From assembly GCA_000993565.1 (NCBI GenBank), contig LBWK01000002.1, positions 224,800 through 288,799 on the forward strand: a DNA stretch of 64,000 nt. The letters are read 5' to 3'. The stretch comes from a candidate division WS6 bacterium GW2011_GWF2_39_15 (GTDB lineage: Bacteria; Patescibacteriota; Dojkabacteria; SC72). Both the position numbers and the translations under genes were made by a program. This document shows positions 26,996 to 37,514 of this stretch, piece after piece (positions within the stretch are counted from its first letter, which is position 1; each line of letters opens with the position of its first letter). The notes under the pieces were generated by a model, which was given only the letters and a program-made list of their open reading frames with translations, did no database searches and was not told where the DNA came from.

Positions 26996-29041
26996 ATGAA
27001 TAAGAATCAAACAGAGAAGAAGGGGAGTATAACTCTCTACCAGCTTTTATGGCTTGTAATATCATCAATAGCCTTTTCTGGTATTGTTTTGCTCTGGAGT
27101 GCAAATTATTCTCCTTTTAAAGCTATTATAGGAGGATTACTTGGATTAGTATTCCTTTTCACCCTTTTCAGGTGGAAAATTGAAATTCCCCGCTTAAAAG
27201 TAGGCAAGATAGCGGTCATTTTTCTATTTGTCCTAGGGATTGGTATCATTCTGCGAATTTCTCCGTGGATGTACTTGGAGGGAGGGCAGGATGAAGGTTT
27301 GTATATTTCCATGTCTAAACAATTTGATAGGACGGGGAGACTGCAATTTGACGACATAGCTGTCCCTAAGCTGAAGGGAGATGATTTAGTAAGATATGAG
27401 AAAGAGGCTGGCTGGGCAATTTTGGGAATTAAAAAGGCTGATGAAGGTAGTTTATATTACGGTTTCTACCCCATGCATCCTATGCTTATGTCCGTAACAG
27501 GCTTTATCTTTGGTGAGAACCACATGACTTCTTCTCTTACTCTATTTTCAATACTGTCTATTATCGGTATTTTTCTATTAACAAAAGAGATTTCGGGTAG
27601 CACGTTAGCCGGAACAATAGCAGGTTCATTACTTGCTTTCAGCCCGCTGCACCTATATTTTTCAAGATTTCCAGTGACAGAGATTTTAGCTTTATCACTT
27701 ACCTTGAATACCTTTTACTTTATACTTAGGGGTTTAAAAACCAAAAGTTGGACACCACTACTAATAGCATTATTTCTGATTAATATCTTTTTCTATACGA
27801 GAATAACGTGGATAATAGCACTTCCTTTTTATATTTTAATGATATTGGCAATCATGGTTTATCTAAAGGAAAGGAAGGAGAGAATCATGTGGGGATTATG
27901 GGGACTTCTTGTCCTCCTTACATACTTAATATCACTTTATTTCTACTATACGCAGATTAATACTTTATACGTTCTTTTCTATCATGACATTTTCAAAATA
28001 GTTCCGGAACGTTGGTTTTATACTCTTTTGGGATTGATACCTTTGGTAGTCTTTCTTTTCTCGACCGTGTTTAGGAAGTATGTAAAATGGGTCATGGAAG
28101 TGGTCTTCAAATATAGAAATATATTTATATATATTGGTCTAATTATTCTGGTAGTGATTAACCTCAGGTATTTCTACAGAATGGCCTTCACAGACACTTT
28201 TGTGGGGACGCGTGCAGATTATTTCTGGGGAATGGCAAACAAGGGATGGATAATATTCAAGGACACAGCACTAATGAGTCTGATCTTATACCTGACACCG
28301 GTGGGAGTAATACTGTTTGCCCTTTCAATTAAGAGAGTAATAAATACTCCTGTTAGGGTTTTATTAACGATCTTTCTTTTTCTTTTCTTAGCCTTGAACT
28401 TAACAGTTAACAAATTTACCCCTTATCATTTTTACTATGCTAGGTATCAGCTATCAGAGATTATACCGGTTATCTATGTATTTATTTCGATCTACATGGT
28501 CACTCTCTTTAGGACTAGCAAACTGTGGTTTTACTTATGTTTAGGATTTTTGACTTTTTATAATTTGTTCTTTACGGCTTTTCAGTTTCAGGGTTATGTA
28601 GGGACAACGCCGGTGACGTTTAATCAGATTCAGGAAACTGTCAGCAAAAAAGATCTAATCTTCTTCTACGATCCGACAAAGTGGGGGACGAGTTTTATTG
28701 TTAGTCCCTTGAAGTATTTTTATAATGTCCCAACAGCAATTGTGAGAAGAGGGACTAATTTAAGCGGTTATCTCGCTACTTCAGAAGCGTATGACTTTAA
28801 CAGATATGTTTTAACTACTATAGTTCTTAATCATGAAAAGTTAGAGTATATTAAGACATTTAATTTTGAGAAGGGTTTCTATGCTTCGGTTAAAACAGAA
28901 GATGAAATTCTGGAAACGAAGATTAACGATTACAAGATTCCTTATTGTGACCAGTTTATTAACGAGAAGTTCTGTGCAGGTATTATCCCTATTAAGTATC
29001 ATTTAAGTAGCATTCCGCTATATCTCTATAAGATAAAGTGA
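26996..29041 (+). CDS. Polytopic GT-C fold glycosyltransferase (PMT/ArnT-like)
   Basis: More than 12 TMs, GGQDEGLY loop motif, YPMHP, FSRFPVTE, YARYQ, soluble C-terminal domain. Confidence 0.7.
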   Translation: MNKNQTEKKGSITLYQLLWLVISSIAFSGIVLLWSANYSPFKAIIGGLLGLVFLFTLFRWKIEIPRLKVGKIAVIFLFVLGIGIILRISPWMYLEGGQDEGLYISMSKQFDRTGRLQFDDIAVPKLKGDDLVRYEKEAGWAILGIKKADEGSLYYGFYPMHPMLMSVTGFIFGENHMTSSLTLFSILSIIGIFLLTKEISGSTLAGTIAGSLLAFSPLHLYFSRFPVTEILALSLTLNTFYFILRGLKTKSWTPLLIALFLINIFFYTRITWIIALPFYILMILAIMVYLKERKERIMWGLWGLLVLLTYLISLYFYYTQINTLYVLFYHDIFKIVPERWFYTLLGLIPLVVFLFSTVFRKYVKWVMEVVFKYRNIFIYIGLIILVVINLRYFYRMAFTDTFVGTRADYFWGMANKGWIIFKDTALMSLILYLTPVGVILFALSIKRVINTPVRVLLTIFLFLFLALNLTVNKFTPYHFYYARYQLSEIIPVIYVFISIYMVTLFRTSKLWFYLCLGFLTFYNLFFTAFQFQGYVGTTPVTFNQIQETVSKKDLIFFYDPTKWGTSFIVSPLKYFYNVPTAIVRRGTNLSGYLATSEAYDFNRYVLTTIVLNHEKLEYIKTFNFEKGFYASVKTEDEILETKINDYKIPYCDQFINEKFCAGIIPIKYHLSSIPLYLYKIK

Positions 29042-29145
29042 GTCAACTGAAGAGTAATAGTAGGTTCTTGTCAAAGCAGTTGTTTTTGAGCATAATTGTC
29101 TAGTCAGAAATAGATCCTATATAAAATAAATAAAGTGTAATTAAA

Positions 29146-30240
29146 ATGTTAAAAGGTAAAACAGTTGCAGTTGTCGTGCCTGCATATAATGAAGAGAGCC
29201 AGATTGGTATGGTTATTGAGAGCATGCCGGAATTTGTTGATAGAATTGTAATCGTCAACGACAAGTCAAAAGATAATACGGCTAAGGTTGTAGAAAAGTA
29301 TATAAAAGAGGATAAAAACCCTGTGACAAAACTTAACCATGTAAAGAGTGTAAAACCTAATAGATATAATTATGCGGATCAGGTAGTTGAGAAAATGGCG
29401 AAAGAAGAGATCTCTCGTTACACACCGTTTGACGTTTTTAATAAGGATCCTAAGAAATCTAGGATTATTTTAATAAACCACTTGAAGAATGGTTCCGTTG
29501 GAGCTTCTATTGCAACGGGATATAAGTGGTGTGCTGATAATAATGTAGACTGCACTGCAGTAATGGCTGGTGATGGCCAGATGGATCCTGGGGAGCTTGA
29601 GTCAATTTGTATGCCTGTTCTCGATGGGAAAGTAGATTATGTAAAGGGAAACAGGTTAAAGCACCGTTCCGCAAGTTTGATCATTCCAAGGATCAGATTT
29701 TTTGGAAATTCAATCCTTTCTCTCTTAACCAAAATTGCTAGCGGATACTGGCAGGTATCGGATACTCAGACAGGTTATACCGCAATCTCGTTAGAGGCAT
29801 TAAGAGGAATTCATCTTTATGATATCTATAAATCTTATGGTTGTCCTAACGATATCCTTGTTAAGCTGAATATTGCAAATTTTGCGATTAGGGAAGTACC
29901 TATCAAGCCTGTTTATAACGTCGGTGAGAAGTCAAAGATGAAAGTTTTTAAAGTTATACCAAGGGTCAGTTGGCTTCTATTTAAACTTTTTTGGAAAAGA
30001 TTATATAAAAAGTATCTGTTTAGAGATTTCCACCCGTTGTTTCTTCTCTACCATCTGTCAATCCTGCTTCTCGTTTTAGATATTCCGTACGCGTGGGCTG
30101 CCTTAGTGGACCTTTTTGGCGGAACAAGAATATCAACTAACTCTTTAATTGCTTTCATCTTTCTCTCTATAATAGGGTTTCAATCTATCTTTTTTGCCAT
30201 GTGGATGGATATGATGGATAATGATAAACTGCAGAGGTAA
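29146..30240 (+). CDS. GT2 glycosyltransferase (polyprenol-phosphate sugar synthase-like)
   Basis: VVPAYNE, NDKSKD, MAGDGQMDP, KGNR, DTQTGY, two C-terminal TMs. Confidence 0.88.
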   Translation: MLKGKTVAVVVPAYNEESQIGMVIESMPEFVDRIVIVNDKSKDNTAKVVEKYIKEDKNPVTKLNHVKSVKPNRYNYADQVVEKMAKEEISRYTPFDVFNKDPKKSRIILINHLKNGSVGASIATGYKWCADNNVDCTAVMAGDGQMDPGELESICMPVLDGKVDYVKGNRLKHRSASLIIPRIRFFGNSILSLLTKIASGYWQVSDTQTGYTAISLEALRGIHLYDIYKSYGCPNDILVKLNIANFAIREVPIKPVYNVGEKSKMKVFKVIPRVSWLLFKLFWKRLYKKYLFRDFHPLFLLYHLSILLLVLDIPYAWAALVDLFGGTRISTNSLIAFIFLSIIGFQSIFFAMWMDMMDNDKLQR

Positions 30241-30271
30241 AGATCTCTTAACTAACCGTACTTATCCGAAA

Positions 30272-32221
30272 ATGACTTTAGGAAAGGTTAAAATTAATCT
30301 GAGTTCGCAGGCTAAAACAGCATTACTAATAGTACTCATAAATGTTGTTATTCTTTCCATCGTAGCTCTATTTCGGTATGCCGTCTACGATGAGAAGCTT
30401 TATCTTCATGAAACGGTAATGATTAGTGAGTTACTAAAGCAGGGTAAGTGGATAGCCTCATACGGAGTAGGTTTGCACGGATTCTTGTTTAAACTTCCTG
30501 TTGCCCTGGCGTTCCTCATTACAGGTCCATCTGTTTATGTCGCTACACTATTCCACATCATTCTGGCTTCATCAGCATCCGGCATATTTTATCTTATTGT
30601 ATCAAGGTTCATCAAACTTGGTAAATGGAGTATAGTTGCTCTGGGTCTACTTCTACTGAACTATCAATTCCTGAGCTGGTCACTTACCTACCATAGGGAA
30701 ATTCCGGTCGTATTTGCTTTCCTGCTGTTCTTATACTTTCTACTGAGGGATAATAAAGGTTTTTTGTTAAAAGGTTTTCTTTTGATGCTTGTGCTGGATG
30801 CTAAGGAATATGTCTTTTTTACTCTCTTACCGGCTTTATTCATTTATGAAGTTATCGTTAACTTTGAAGAGATAAAGCATTTTTTTGCAAATTGGTTTCA
30901 GTTGTTAAAAAAAGCGGCTTTTCTCCTTTCGCCTTCAGTAATATATCTTTATTTGATGTTCTTTACGTCGGCAATCCCTGTAAATATGTTCAATGCGTCT
31001 ATACTCGGTCTTACAGATTCGCATTTTAGTTACCAGTTTCAGCAGGCTTTGCCTGAGAGTGGTTTATCTGATGGTACAACGAATAAAAACACCAATTTCT
31101 CCTATACAGTATCAAAAAAGATTGAGGATCTAATTGAACAGAAGATAGATAAAAAAGAGGAAGCTAAAAACAGTTCAGAAAGCAGCTCACTCTCAGTGAA
31201 TAATAATGAAGAGGAGTGTGAGACAGGATCTTTGAGAGCATTGGTTCTATTTATAGGCTATATTGAAAAGTTTTTCTATACTTCTATTTTCTCTATTCAA
31301 GGGATACCGCTCGTTGTTTTGGTACCATCCCTGATAGCTTCGATATATCTCTTTATAAACTGGTTTAAAGAGAGAAAGGGTTTATTATTTCTAAATCTGT
31401 TCTATTGGTCGTATTTGGTTTTGTATATAGTTAGAGTTTCCCACCATAGGTATCTACTTCCTATTATTCCTATTGGTATTATCTTCTTCCTACTTTTTCT
31501 CGATGAATATCTTAAACAGAAGAAAGACTTTAAGGTTTATATAATCGTCACAATGAGTTTGCTTATCATTGTGTCTTTTATATCGGTGTTCTATCAAGAT
31601 CTTGGCGATAGTAAAGGACTTTTCAACATTCTACTTACTTTTCTTGTTACAGGTCTCTTCGGCGGCCTGTTTTATTTCAAAAAGTATAAAGAACTTTTTA
31701 TTAAGCTGATTTTAGGTACATTGATTGGAGCTTTAATATTTATTAACTCTTACGCATTGTTAACCAAAAATCAGATATATAAATCCCTTACATGGGGAGC
31801 GAACGGTGAGGCTGATAAAATAGCTAAAATGGTTGATCCAAAAGACATTGTTTTTATCGATTGTGAGTCGGGAACGATTTCGGAGGTTACCTATCTGCTT
31901 AATGTCTACAGAGGGACTAACTACTTACCTATTGAGTGGCATTGGAAGCTTGATAAGAATAAGATAAATAGATCTTTGGATGCTGTTGAGCCGACGACTG
32001 ACCTCTGGTATGGGATAGATATGTCAAACCTACGTAACTTCAAAAGTACTATTAAACAAAAAAAGATTACTAAAATTATTCTTCTTGAATCTCAGGTTGA
32101 GGGCCAGAAGTTTCCGCTGGAAGAATATATTGATGATTTGAAAAAAGAAAAATGGCTTAGCCTGGAGAGGGTTGAGCAACTAAAGAATAAAAAAGTATAT
32201 GTGTTTGAAGTAAAAATATGA
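30272..32221 (+). CDS. Second polytopic GT-C-like membrane protein
   Basis: YDEKLY after TM1, many TMs, HHRYLLP, soluble C-terminal domain; ATG 30272 preferred (track start 30221). Confidence 0.65.
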   Translation: MTLGKVKINLSSQAKTALLIVLINVVILSIVALFRYAVYDEKLYLHETVMISELLKQGKWIASYGVGLHGFLFKLPVALAFLITGPSVYVATLFHIILASSASGIFYLIVSRFIKLGKWSIVALGLLLLNYQFLSWSLTYHREIPVVFAFLLFLYFLLRDNKGFLLKGFLLMLVLDAKEYVFFTLLPALFIYEVIVNFEEIKHFFANWFQLLKKAAFLLSPSVIYLYLMFFTSAIPVNMFNASILGLTDSHFSYQFQQALPESGLSDGTTNKNTNFSYTVSKKIEDLIEQKIDKKEEAKNSSESSSLSVNNNEEECETGSLRALVLFIGYIEKFFYTSIFSIQGIPLVVLVPSLIASIYLFINWFKERKGLLFLNLFYWSYLVLYIVRVSHHRYLLPIIPIGIIFFLLFLDEYLKQKKDFKVYIIVTMSLLIIVSFISVFYQDLGDSKGLFNILLTFLVTGLFGGLFYFKKYKELFIKLILGTLIGALIFINSYALLTKNQIYKSLTWGANGEADKIAKMVDPKDIVFIDCESGTISEVTYLLNVYRGTNYLPIEWHWKLDKNKINRSLDAVEPTTDLWYGIDMSNLRNFKSTIKQKKITKIILLESQVEGQKFPLEEYIDDLKKEKWLSLERVEQLKNKKVYVFEVKI

Positions 32222-33528
32222 AAAGTGATAGAAAGAAAATAATAATCCTTACAGCTCTTCCCTTTAGAAAACAGGGTAATCAAAGCATGATTAGGTTTGT
32301 AAATATGTTTATAAAAAGGGAGATGGACGTTACCATGTTCACTGCAGGATTTGATGATAAGGGTGAAAACGCCATTGAAAGTTCTTTATTTAAAGCTTTT
32401 AAAATCAAGAGCCTCGGATTTACGCTTACGGCTTTTCTTAACAAAAAGGTTTTGAAGCTGAGGAAAAATAAAGTAAAGAGTGACAACTATTTTGTGAAAA
32501 TAAGGTCTGAAGATATTGTACCACCTTATGGTAGCTATAATCTGCCTAATCTCATTAATAAGTGGTCAAAGTACCTGCTTTATCTTCTCGATAATATCCT
32601 GTTAATGCCATATCTACTCCTTGCTCATTTTAGTAAGATAAAAGACTCGGACGTTGTTATTGCTTACGAAGAGGGTTACACTTTAACGGCACGTTTATTA
32701 GCAAGACTCTTTGGGAAAAAATATATTAATAAATTTCAGGGAACTATCCTTAAAGCAACGAATAGAAATATTTCACAGGCAATAAAGTACTTCCCACATA
32801 ACTATTTCACTATTAATAAGTCAGACCTTTGCATCATGGTTCAGGATGGTACCGATGGTGAGTATTACGCACGGTTAAGAGGATGCAGGAACATCTTTTT
32901 TGAACCTCACGGGGTATATATTTATGAACATACCAAAGACTATAAGAGTATAGTTGATGAGCTTAAAAGGAAAGGAAAGTTTGTGCTTTTCAATAATGCC
33001 AGTGGTAGTACTTGGAAAAGAACGGATAGAGTTATCAGGGGATTAGCAAATATTAAGAAAGAACTCCTTGAAAATATAGTCCTGATTACTACATACCATG
33101 CGGCAAATAGAGATGATCTGGTCGAATTTGTGAAGTTGAATAACCTTCAGGATAAGGTTATTTTTCTTGATAAAATTGATCCTTTTGAGTCCAACTATAT
33201 TATTCAGAAATCGAATGTGGTAATTATGACTAATGATTTTAGCAATTTGGGTAATCCGGTACTGGAGGCCATCTACTATAAAACTCCTTTGATTTCTATA
33301 AATGATGGCAGTTTGGATGGGCTTGTCGGAAATGGTAAAGACTGCATATTGATTAACTTGGACAGGGACTTTGACAGAAATATGGCTTTAGCAATCGAAA
33401 GAATGTATTCTGATAAAGCTTTTTACAAATCTGTAAAGGAGGGTTTGAATGTTAACAGGCTTGTGCGTGAACTTAGTGAGCAGCAGGAGCGAGAGTTTAA
33501 AGCTATTCAAGTGCTTTTAGAACAATGA
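32218..33528 (+). CDS. GT4 (GT-B) glycosyltransferase
   Basis: WKRTDR, NLGNPVLEAIYYKTPLI. Confidence 0.75.
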   Translation: MKSDRKKIIILTALPFRKQGNQSMIRFVNMFIKREMDVTMFTAGFDDKGENAIESSLFKAFKIKSLGFTLTAFLNKKVLKLRKNKVKSDNYFVKIRSEDIVPPYGSYNLPNLINKWSKYLLYLLDNILLMPYLLLAHFSKIKDSDVVIAYEEGYTLTARLLARLFGKKYINKFQGTILKATNRNISQAIKYFPHNYFTINKSDLCIMVQDGTDGEYYARLRGCRNIFFEPHGVYIYEHTKDYKSIVDELKRKGKFVLFNNASGSTWKRTDRVIRGLANIKKELLENIVLITTYHAANRDDLVEFVKLNNLQDKVIFLDKIDPFESNYIIQKSNVVIMTNDFSNLGNPVLEAIYYKTPLISINDGSLDGLVGNGKDCILINLDRDFDRNMALAIERMYSDKAFYKSVKEGLNVNRLVRELSEQQEREFKAIQVLLEQ

Positions 33529-34826
33529 TGAAGATTAAAGAAAAAATACAATGGTTATTAAAAGAAGGTTCATTTAGGCGTAATGTTGCAACAATGTTTT
33601 CAGGTACCGTTGTATCTCAGGTTGTTTACTTGCTTTTCTATCCTGTTTTAACTCGTCTATATACGCCCTCACATTTTGGACAGTATGCTATATTCCTAAC
33701 CTTTTTATCTATACTCTCACTTTTGGCAACTGGACAGTACGAACAGGGGATTCTCCTACCTAAAAAGGAAAAGAATGTAAAAGTCTTATCTCTTGGGGCA
33801 ATATTTATTGCGGCCGTTATGTCAATTCTTCTTACTGCCGTATTATTATTGTCACGGCCTGTTTTACAGAAATATAATCTCTTTAACAACTCAGATATTA
33901 TTTCCTTTTTGGGGATCTCAGTATTCATAAACGCTTTGTACCAGATAGGGATATATCTTTCTCTTAGGAAAAAGGATTTCAAATCTATTTCTGCTATAAA
34001 TATTCTCAATGTAGCTTTTAGTATTTTGTTTCAAGCGATACTATCTCAGACGAGCTTAAAAGAATTTGGTTTAAGCATGGGATATATGGTCGGAACATTG
34101 GTATCAATGGGCTTTCTCCTGTACCAGAATAAAAGGACCTTTGTAATAAAAAATGCTTTTATAGAGCTGGTAGGTGATGCTAGGAATCAGTTAGTAAGGT
34201 TCAAAAAATTCCCTTTGTTTAACTTACCTGCTACGCTTGTGAATCTTCTTGCGAATCAGGCCCCGCAGATATTATTAAATACATTCGGTCAGTCAGTCGT
34301 TGGATATTTCTCCCTGTCACAAAGAATATTAGGCAGCCCTGTTACTTTGTTCTCGACTTCACTGTCACATGTGTTCAAGGAGAAAGCGAGTAGTGATTAT
34401 AGGAATAAGGGTAATTGTGAAGCTATTTTTGTAAAAACTTTCAAAACCCTGTTTATGATCTCAATAATTCCCTTTCTGCTGGTCTTCATTTTCTCTCCTT
34501 TTCTTGTACCTATCGTTTTCGGATCGCAGTGGGAAATGGCAAGTCCATACATTCAAGCCTTAACCCTAATGTTTTTCTTCAAATTTACCGTAAGTCCTTT
34601 ATCATATGTTATTATTATTGCAGAGAAGCAGAAGCTTAATCTCGTTTTACAGTCACTACTATTAATCCTGATAATTATATCTATAAGTATCGGCTTATAT
34701 CGAAAAGATCCACTTCTCGCTGTTATTTTATACTCTATAGTCTACTCGTTTATATATGCATTGTTTTTGTTAATTTCTTACAAATTGTCAAAAAATGGTA
34801 AAAAAGATTCTTCAGCTACTAGGTAA
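33525..34826 (+). CDS. wzx: Wzx-type oligosaccharide flippase
   Basis: LTRLYTPSHFG, about 12 TMs, VGYFSLSQRI, VFGSQW. Confidence 0.85.
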   Translation: MMKIKEKIQWLLKEGSFRRNVATMFSGTVVSQVVYLLFYPVLTRLYTPSHFGQYAIFLTFLSILSLLATGQYEQGILLPKKEKNVKVLSLGAIFIAAVMSILLTAVLLLSRPVLQKYNLFNNSDIISFLGISVFINALYQIGIYLSLRKKDFKSISAINILNVAFSILFQAILSQTSLKEFGLSMGYMVGTLVSMGFLLYQNKRTFVIKNAFIELVGDARNQLVRFKKFPLFNLPATLVNLLANQAPQILLNTFGQSVVGYFSLSQRILGSPVTLFSTSLSHVFKEKASSDYRNKGNCEAIFVKTFKTLFMISIIPFLLVFIFSPFLVPIVFGSQWEMASPYIQALTLMFFFKFTVSPLSYVIIIAEKQKLNLVLQSLLLILIIISISIGLYRKDPLLAVILYSIVYSFIYALFLLISYKLSKNGKKDSSATR

Positions 34827-35304
34827 CCTGCTGAGCCGGTTTTACAAATATAAAGATGATCACTTTGACGATGTGCATTATATATCATTTTTTTTCTGGC
34901 AGAAGATTCTCCGCATGAACTCCAAAGTCCCTTGGCCAGTTCACTTCACGTCATATGTAACAGGGATAAAGAATATCAAGATTGGTAAAAAATGTTCACC
35001 AGGGTCAAATATAGGTCAGTATATTCAAGCAATTAACGGTATTACATTGGGAGACAATGTCCTTATGGGCCCGGGTTCTAAAATAATAAGTGCGAACCAT
35101 GATCCTAAGGATTTTACTAAACACACTGAAGGTAAGCCTATTATAATCGGATCTAATGTTTGGATAGGAGCAGATGCTATAATCCTTGCGGGTGTCACTA
35201 TTGGCGATAATGTAGTTATTGGAGCGGGTTCTATTGTCACCAGGGATCTCCCGTCAAACTCTGTAGCAGTTGGAAATCCCTGCCGAGTTATCAAAAGGCT
35301 TTAA
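34795..35304 (+). CDS. Hexapeptide O-acetyltransferase
   Basis: ISANHD, IIIGSNVWIG, GAGSIVTRD, VGNPCR. Confidence 0.85.
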   Translation: MVKKILQLLGNLLSRFYKYKDDHFDDVHYISFFFWQKILRMNSKVPWPVHFTSYVTGIKNIKIGKKCSPGSNIGQYIQAINGITLGDNVLMGPGSKIISANHDPKDFTKHTEGKPIIIGSNVWIGADAIILAGVTIGDNVVIGAGSIVTRDLPSNSVAVGNPCRVIKRL

Positions 35305-35337
35305 TTATTAGTGTAATCTTATTATAATGTTGTACCA

Positions 35338-36462
35338 ATGAAAAAAGTAATTGTATTGCTCTTTAATGATTTTACTAATGACAACAGGGTATCTAAAGAG
35401 TGTAAAAGTTTAAATGATAATGGGTATGAAGTGGAGCTAGCCTCCACCAGTTTTGATAAAAGCCTTCCAAAATCAGAAAATATAAAAGGATTTAAAGTTA
35501 GGAGATTTAATGTAGGCAGTTTTAAATTCCTACCGTTTAATCTTATCCTATTCTGGCTTCACACGATTATTAATTATAGAAAAGAAGGAATCTTTCACGC
35601 TAATGATCTATATGCACTTCCTCCTGCTTATGTAATCAAAAAAGTCTTTAATAAAAAGGCCAAAATCATTTATGACTGTCATGAACATGAAACAGAAGCC
35701 CCTATTTACAATGGAAAGTTTCTTCTCAAGAAGGCCGCTCAGCTTTTTGAGAGAAAGATGATATATTCAGCCGATAGAGTAATTGTTGTCAGCGAATCAA
35801 TCGGCAAAGACTATATGGAGATGTACGGACTGAAGAAACTCCATCTGGTGATGAATTGTCCTTACTTCAAGAGTTATGCAAGTACCGATCTTTTCAGAAA
35901 AGAACTTGGTATCCCTAAGGATAAAGTAATCTTTTTATATCAAGGTCTTTATAAGGAAGGAAGAGGTGTTGAGAATCTCGTTGAGTTATTCAAGCGACTT
36001 TCTAAAATAAACGATGAGTTAGTGCTTGTCCTCCTCACTTACGGTGAAGGAATTGAAGCCCTTAAAGAGAGTATAAAAGGAATAAAAAACATATACTGGC
36101 ATGATAAAGCACCTTTAGATGTCTATATGAGTTATGTCGCTTCCGCAGATTGGGGCATTTTACTGATTGAAAACATCTGCAAGAGCTACAATTATGCACT
36201 CCCGAACAAACTCTTTGATTATGTCATGTGCGGACTGCCAGTAATAGTTTCAAACCTGAAGGAGGTGTCTCAATTTGTTGAAAGAGAAAAGGTGGGATAT
36301 GTAATTGACTCTACAAATATGGAGGAGATGATTAAACTTCTATCATGTATTAACTCCGAGAGCAGAGCAAGATTCACGAAAAATCTGGAATCTACTTCAA
36401 GAAGATACACATGGGAGAATCAGGAAAAAGAATTATTAAATTTATACAACACACTAACATGA
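35338..36462 (+). CDS. GT4 glycosyltransferase
   Basis: DNRVSKE, HANDL, YDCHE, ALPNKLFDYVMCGLPVI. Confidence 0.88.
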   Translation: MKKVIVLLFNDFTNDNRVSKECKSLNDNGYEVELASTSFDKSLPKSENIKGFKVRRFNVGSFKFLPFNLILFWLHTIINYRKEGIFHANDLYALPPAYVIKKVFNKKAKIIYDCHEHETEAPIYNGKFLLKKAAQLFERKMIYSADRVIVVSESIGKDYMEMYGLKKLHLVMNCPYFKSYASTDLFRKELGIPKDKVIFLYQGLYKEGRGVENLVELFKRLSKINDELVLVLLTYGEGIEALKESIKGIKNIYWHDKAPLDVYMSYVASADWGILLIENICKSYNYALPNKLFDYVMCGLPVIVSNLKEVSQFVEREKVGYVIDSTNMEEMIKLLSCINSESRARFTKNLESTSRRYTWENQEKELLNLYNTLT

Positions 36463-37514
36463 AAGTAGCATCCCTTATCGGTGCAAGACCGCAGTTTGTC
36501 AAAGAGGCGGTACTTAATAAAGAGTTCGAGAAGAGTGGAGTAGAGGAAATAATTGTTAATTCCGGTCAGCACTATGACTACAATATGGCTGAGGTGTTTT
36601 TTGAAAAACTACATATCAAAGCTCCTGATTATAATCTGAGTGTGGGCTCGGGTCCTCATGGCGAAATGACGGCAAAAATAATGATTGAGTTTGAAAAGCT
36701 AATGATGGAAGTTAAGCCGGATGTAGTTATTGTATACGGAGATACAAACACCACGCTTGCGGGTGCAATTGTGGCTGCGAAGTTAAAGATTCCTTTGGCA
36801 CATGTAGAAGCGGGAATTAGAATGCTTCCGAAAGATATGCCGGAAGAGATAAATCGTGTTCTAACAGACAGGGTCTCTAACTTCCTATTCTGTCCGTCTG
36901 AATTATCGGTAGGAAATTTGAAAAGAGAAGGTATTACAGAGGGAGTATATAATACCGGGGATGTTACATATGACCTTTACTTAAAATCCAAAGAGCATTT
37001 TGACTATTCGCTATACCAGAGCCTAAAGCTGGAGGATAGCAACTATTACTTGGTTACACTTCATAGAGATTATAATGTTGATGATAAAGAGAGGTTTGGA
37101 GCAATTCTTAAAGCTCTTCAACAACTTGCAAAAGAGTCACGTATAGTTTTCCCAATTCATCCTAGGAGCAGAAAAAGAGTTGAGGAGTTTGGATTTGCTG
37201 ATCTTATAAAAGATATGGATGTTGTTGATCCGGTGGATTATCTCAGCTTGATGGGGCTGATGGAACACTGTAAAGGTGTTATTACTGATAGTGGAGGTTT
37301 GCAAAGAGAATCCTATTTCTCAGGTAAGCCTGGGTATTTATTAATGCCTGATCCTGCTTGGCACGAATTGGTTACTCATAAAATGAATATTCTCTGCGAA
37401 CCTGATACTCTGCTAGAAAAGATTAAGATAGGGGGTGAGTATGAGAGGATCGATAACATTTACGGTGATGGTACAGCTGGTGCGAAGATTGTTAAAATAT
37501 TAACACAGAAGTAA
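36459..37514 (+). CDS. wecB: Non-hydrolysing UDP-GlcNAc 2-epimerase family (WecB/WbpI-like)
   Basis: GARPQFVK, SGQHYD, YGDTNTT, HVEAG, PEEINR, TDSGGLQRE. Confidence 0.9.
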   Translation: MKVASLIGARPQFVKEAVLNKEFEKSGVEEIIVNSGQHYDYNMAEVFFEKLHIKAPDYNLSVGSGPHGEMTAKIMIEFEKLMMEVKPDVVIVYGDTNTTLAGAIVAAKLKIPLAHVEAGIRMLPKDMPEEINRVLTDRVSNFLFCPSELSVGNLKREGITEGVYNTGDVTYDLYLKSKEHFDYSLYQSLKLEDSNYYLVTLHRDYNVDDKERFGAILKALQQLAKESRIVFPIHPRSRKRVEEFGFADLIKDMDVVDPVDYLSLMGLMEHCKGVITDSGGLQRESYFSGKPGYLLMPDPAWHELVTHKMNILCEPDTLLEKIKIGGEYERIDNIYGDGTAGAKIVKILTQK

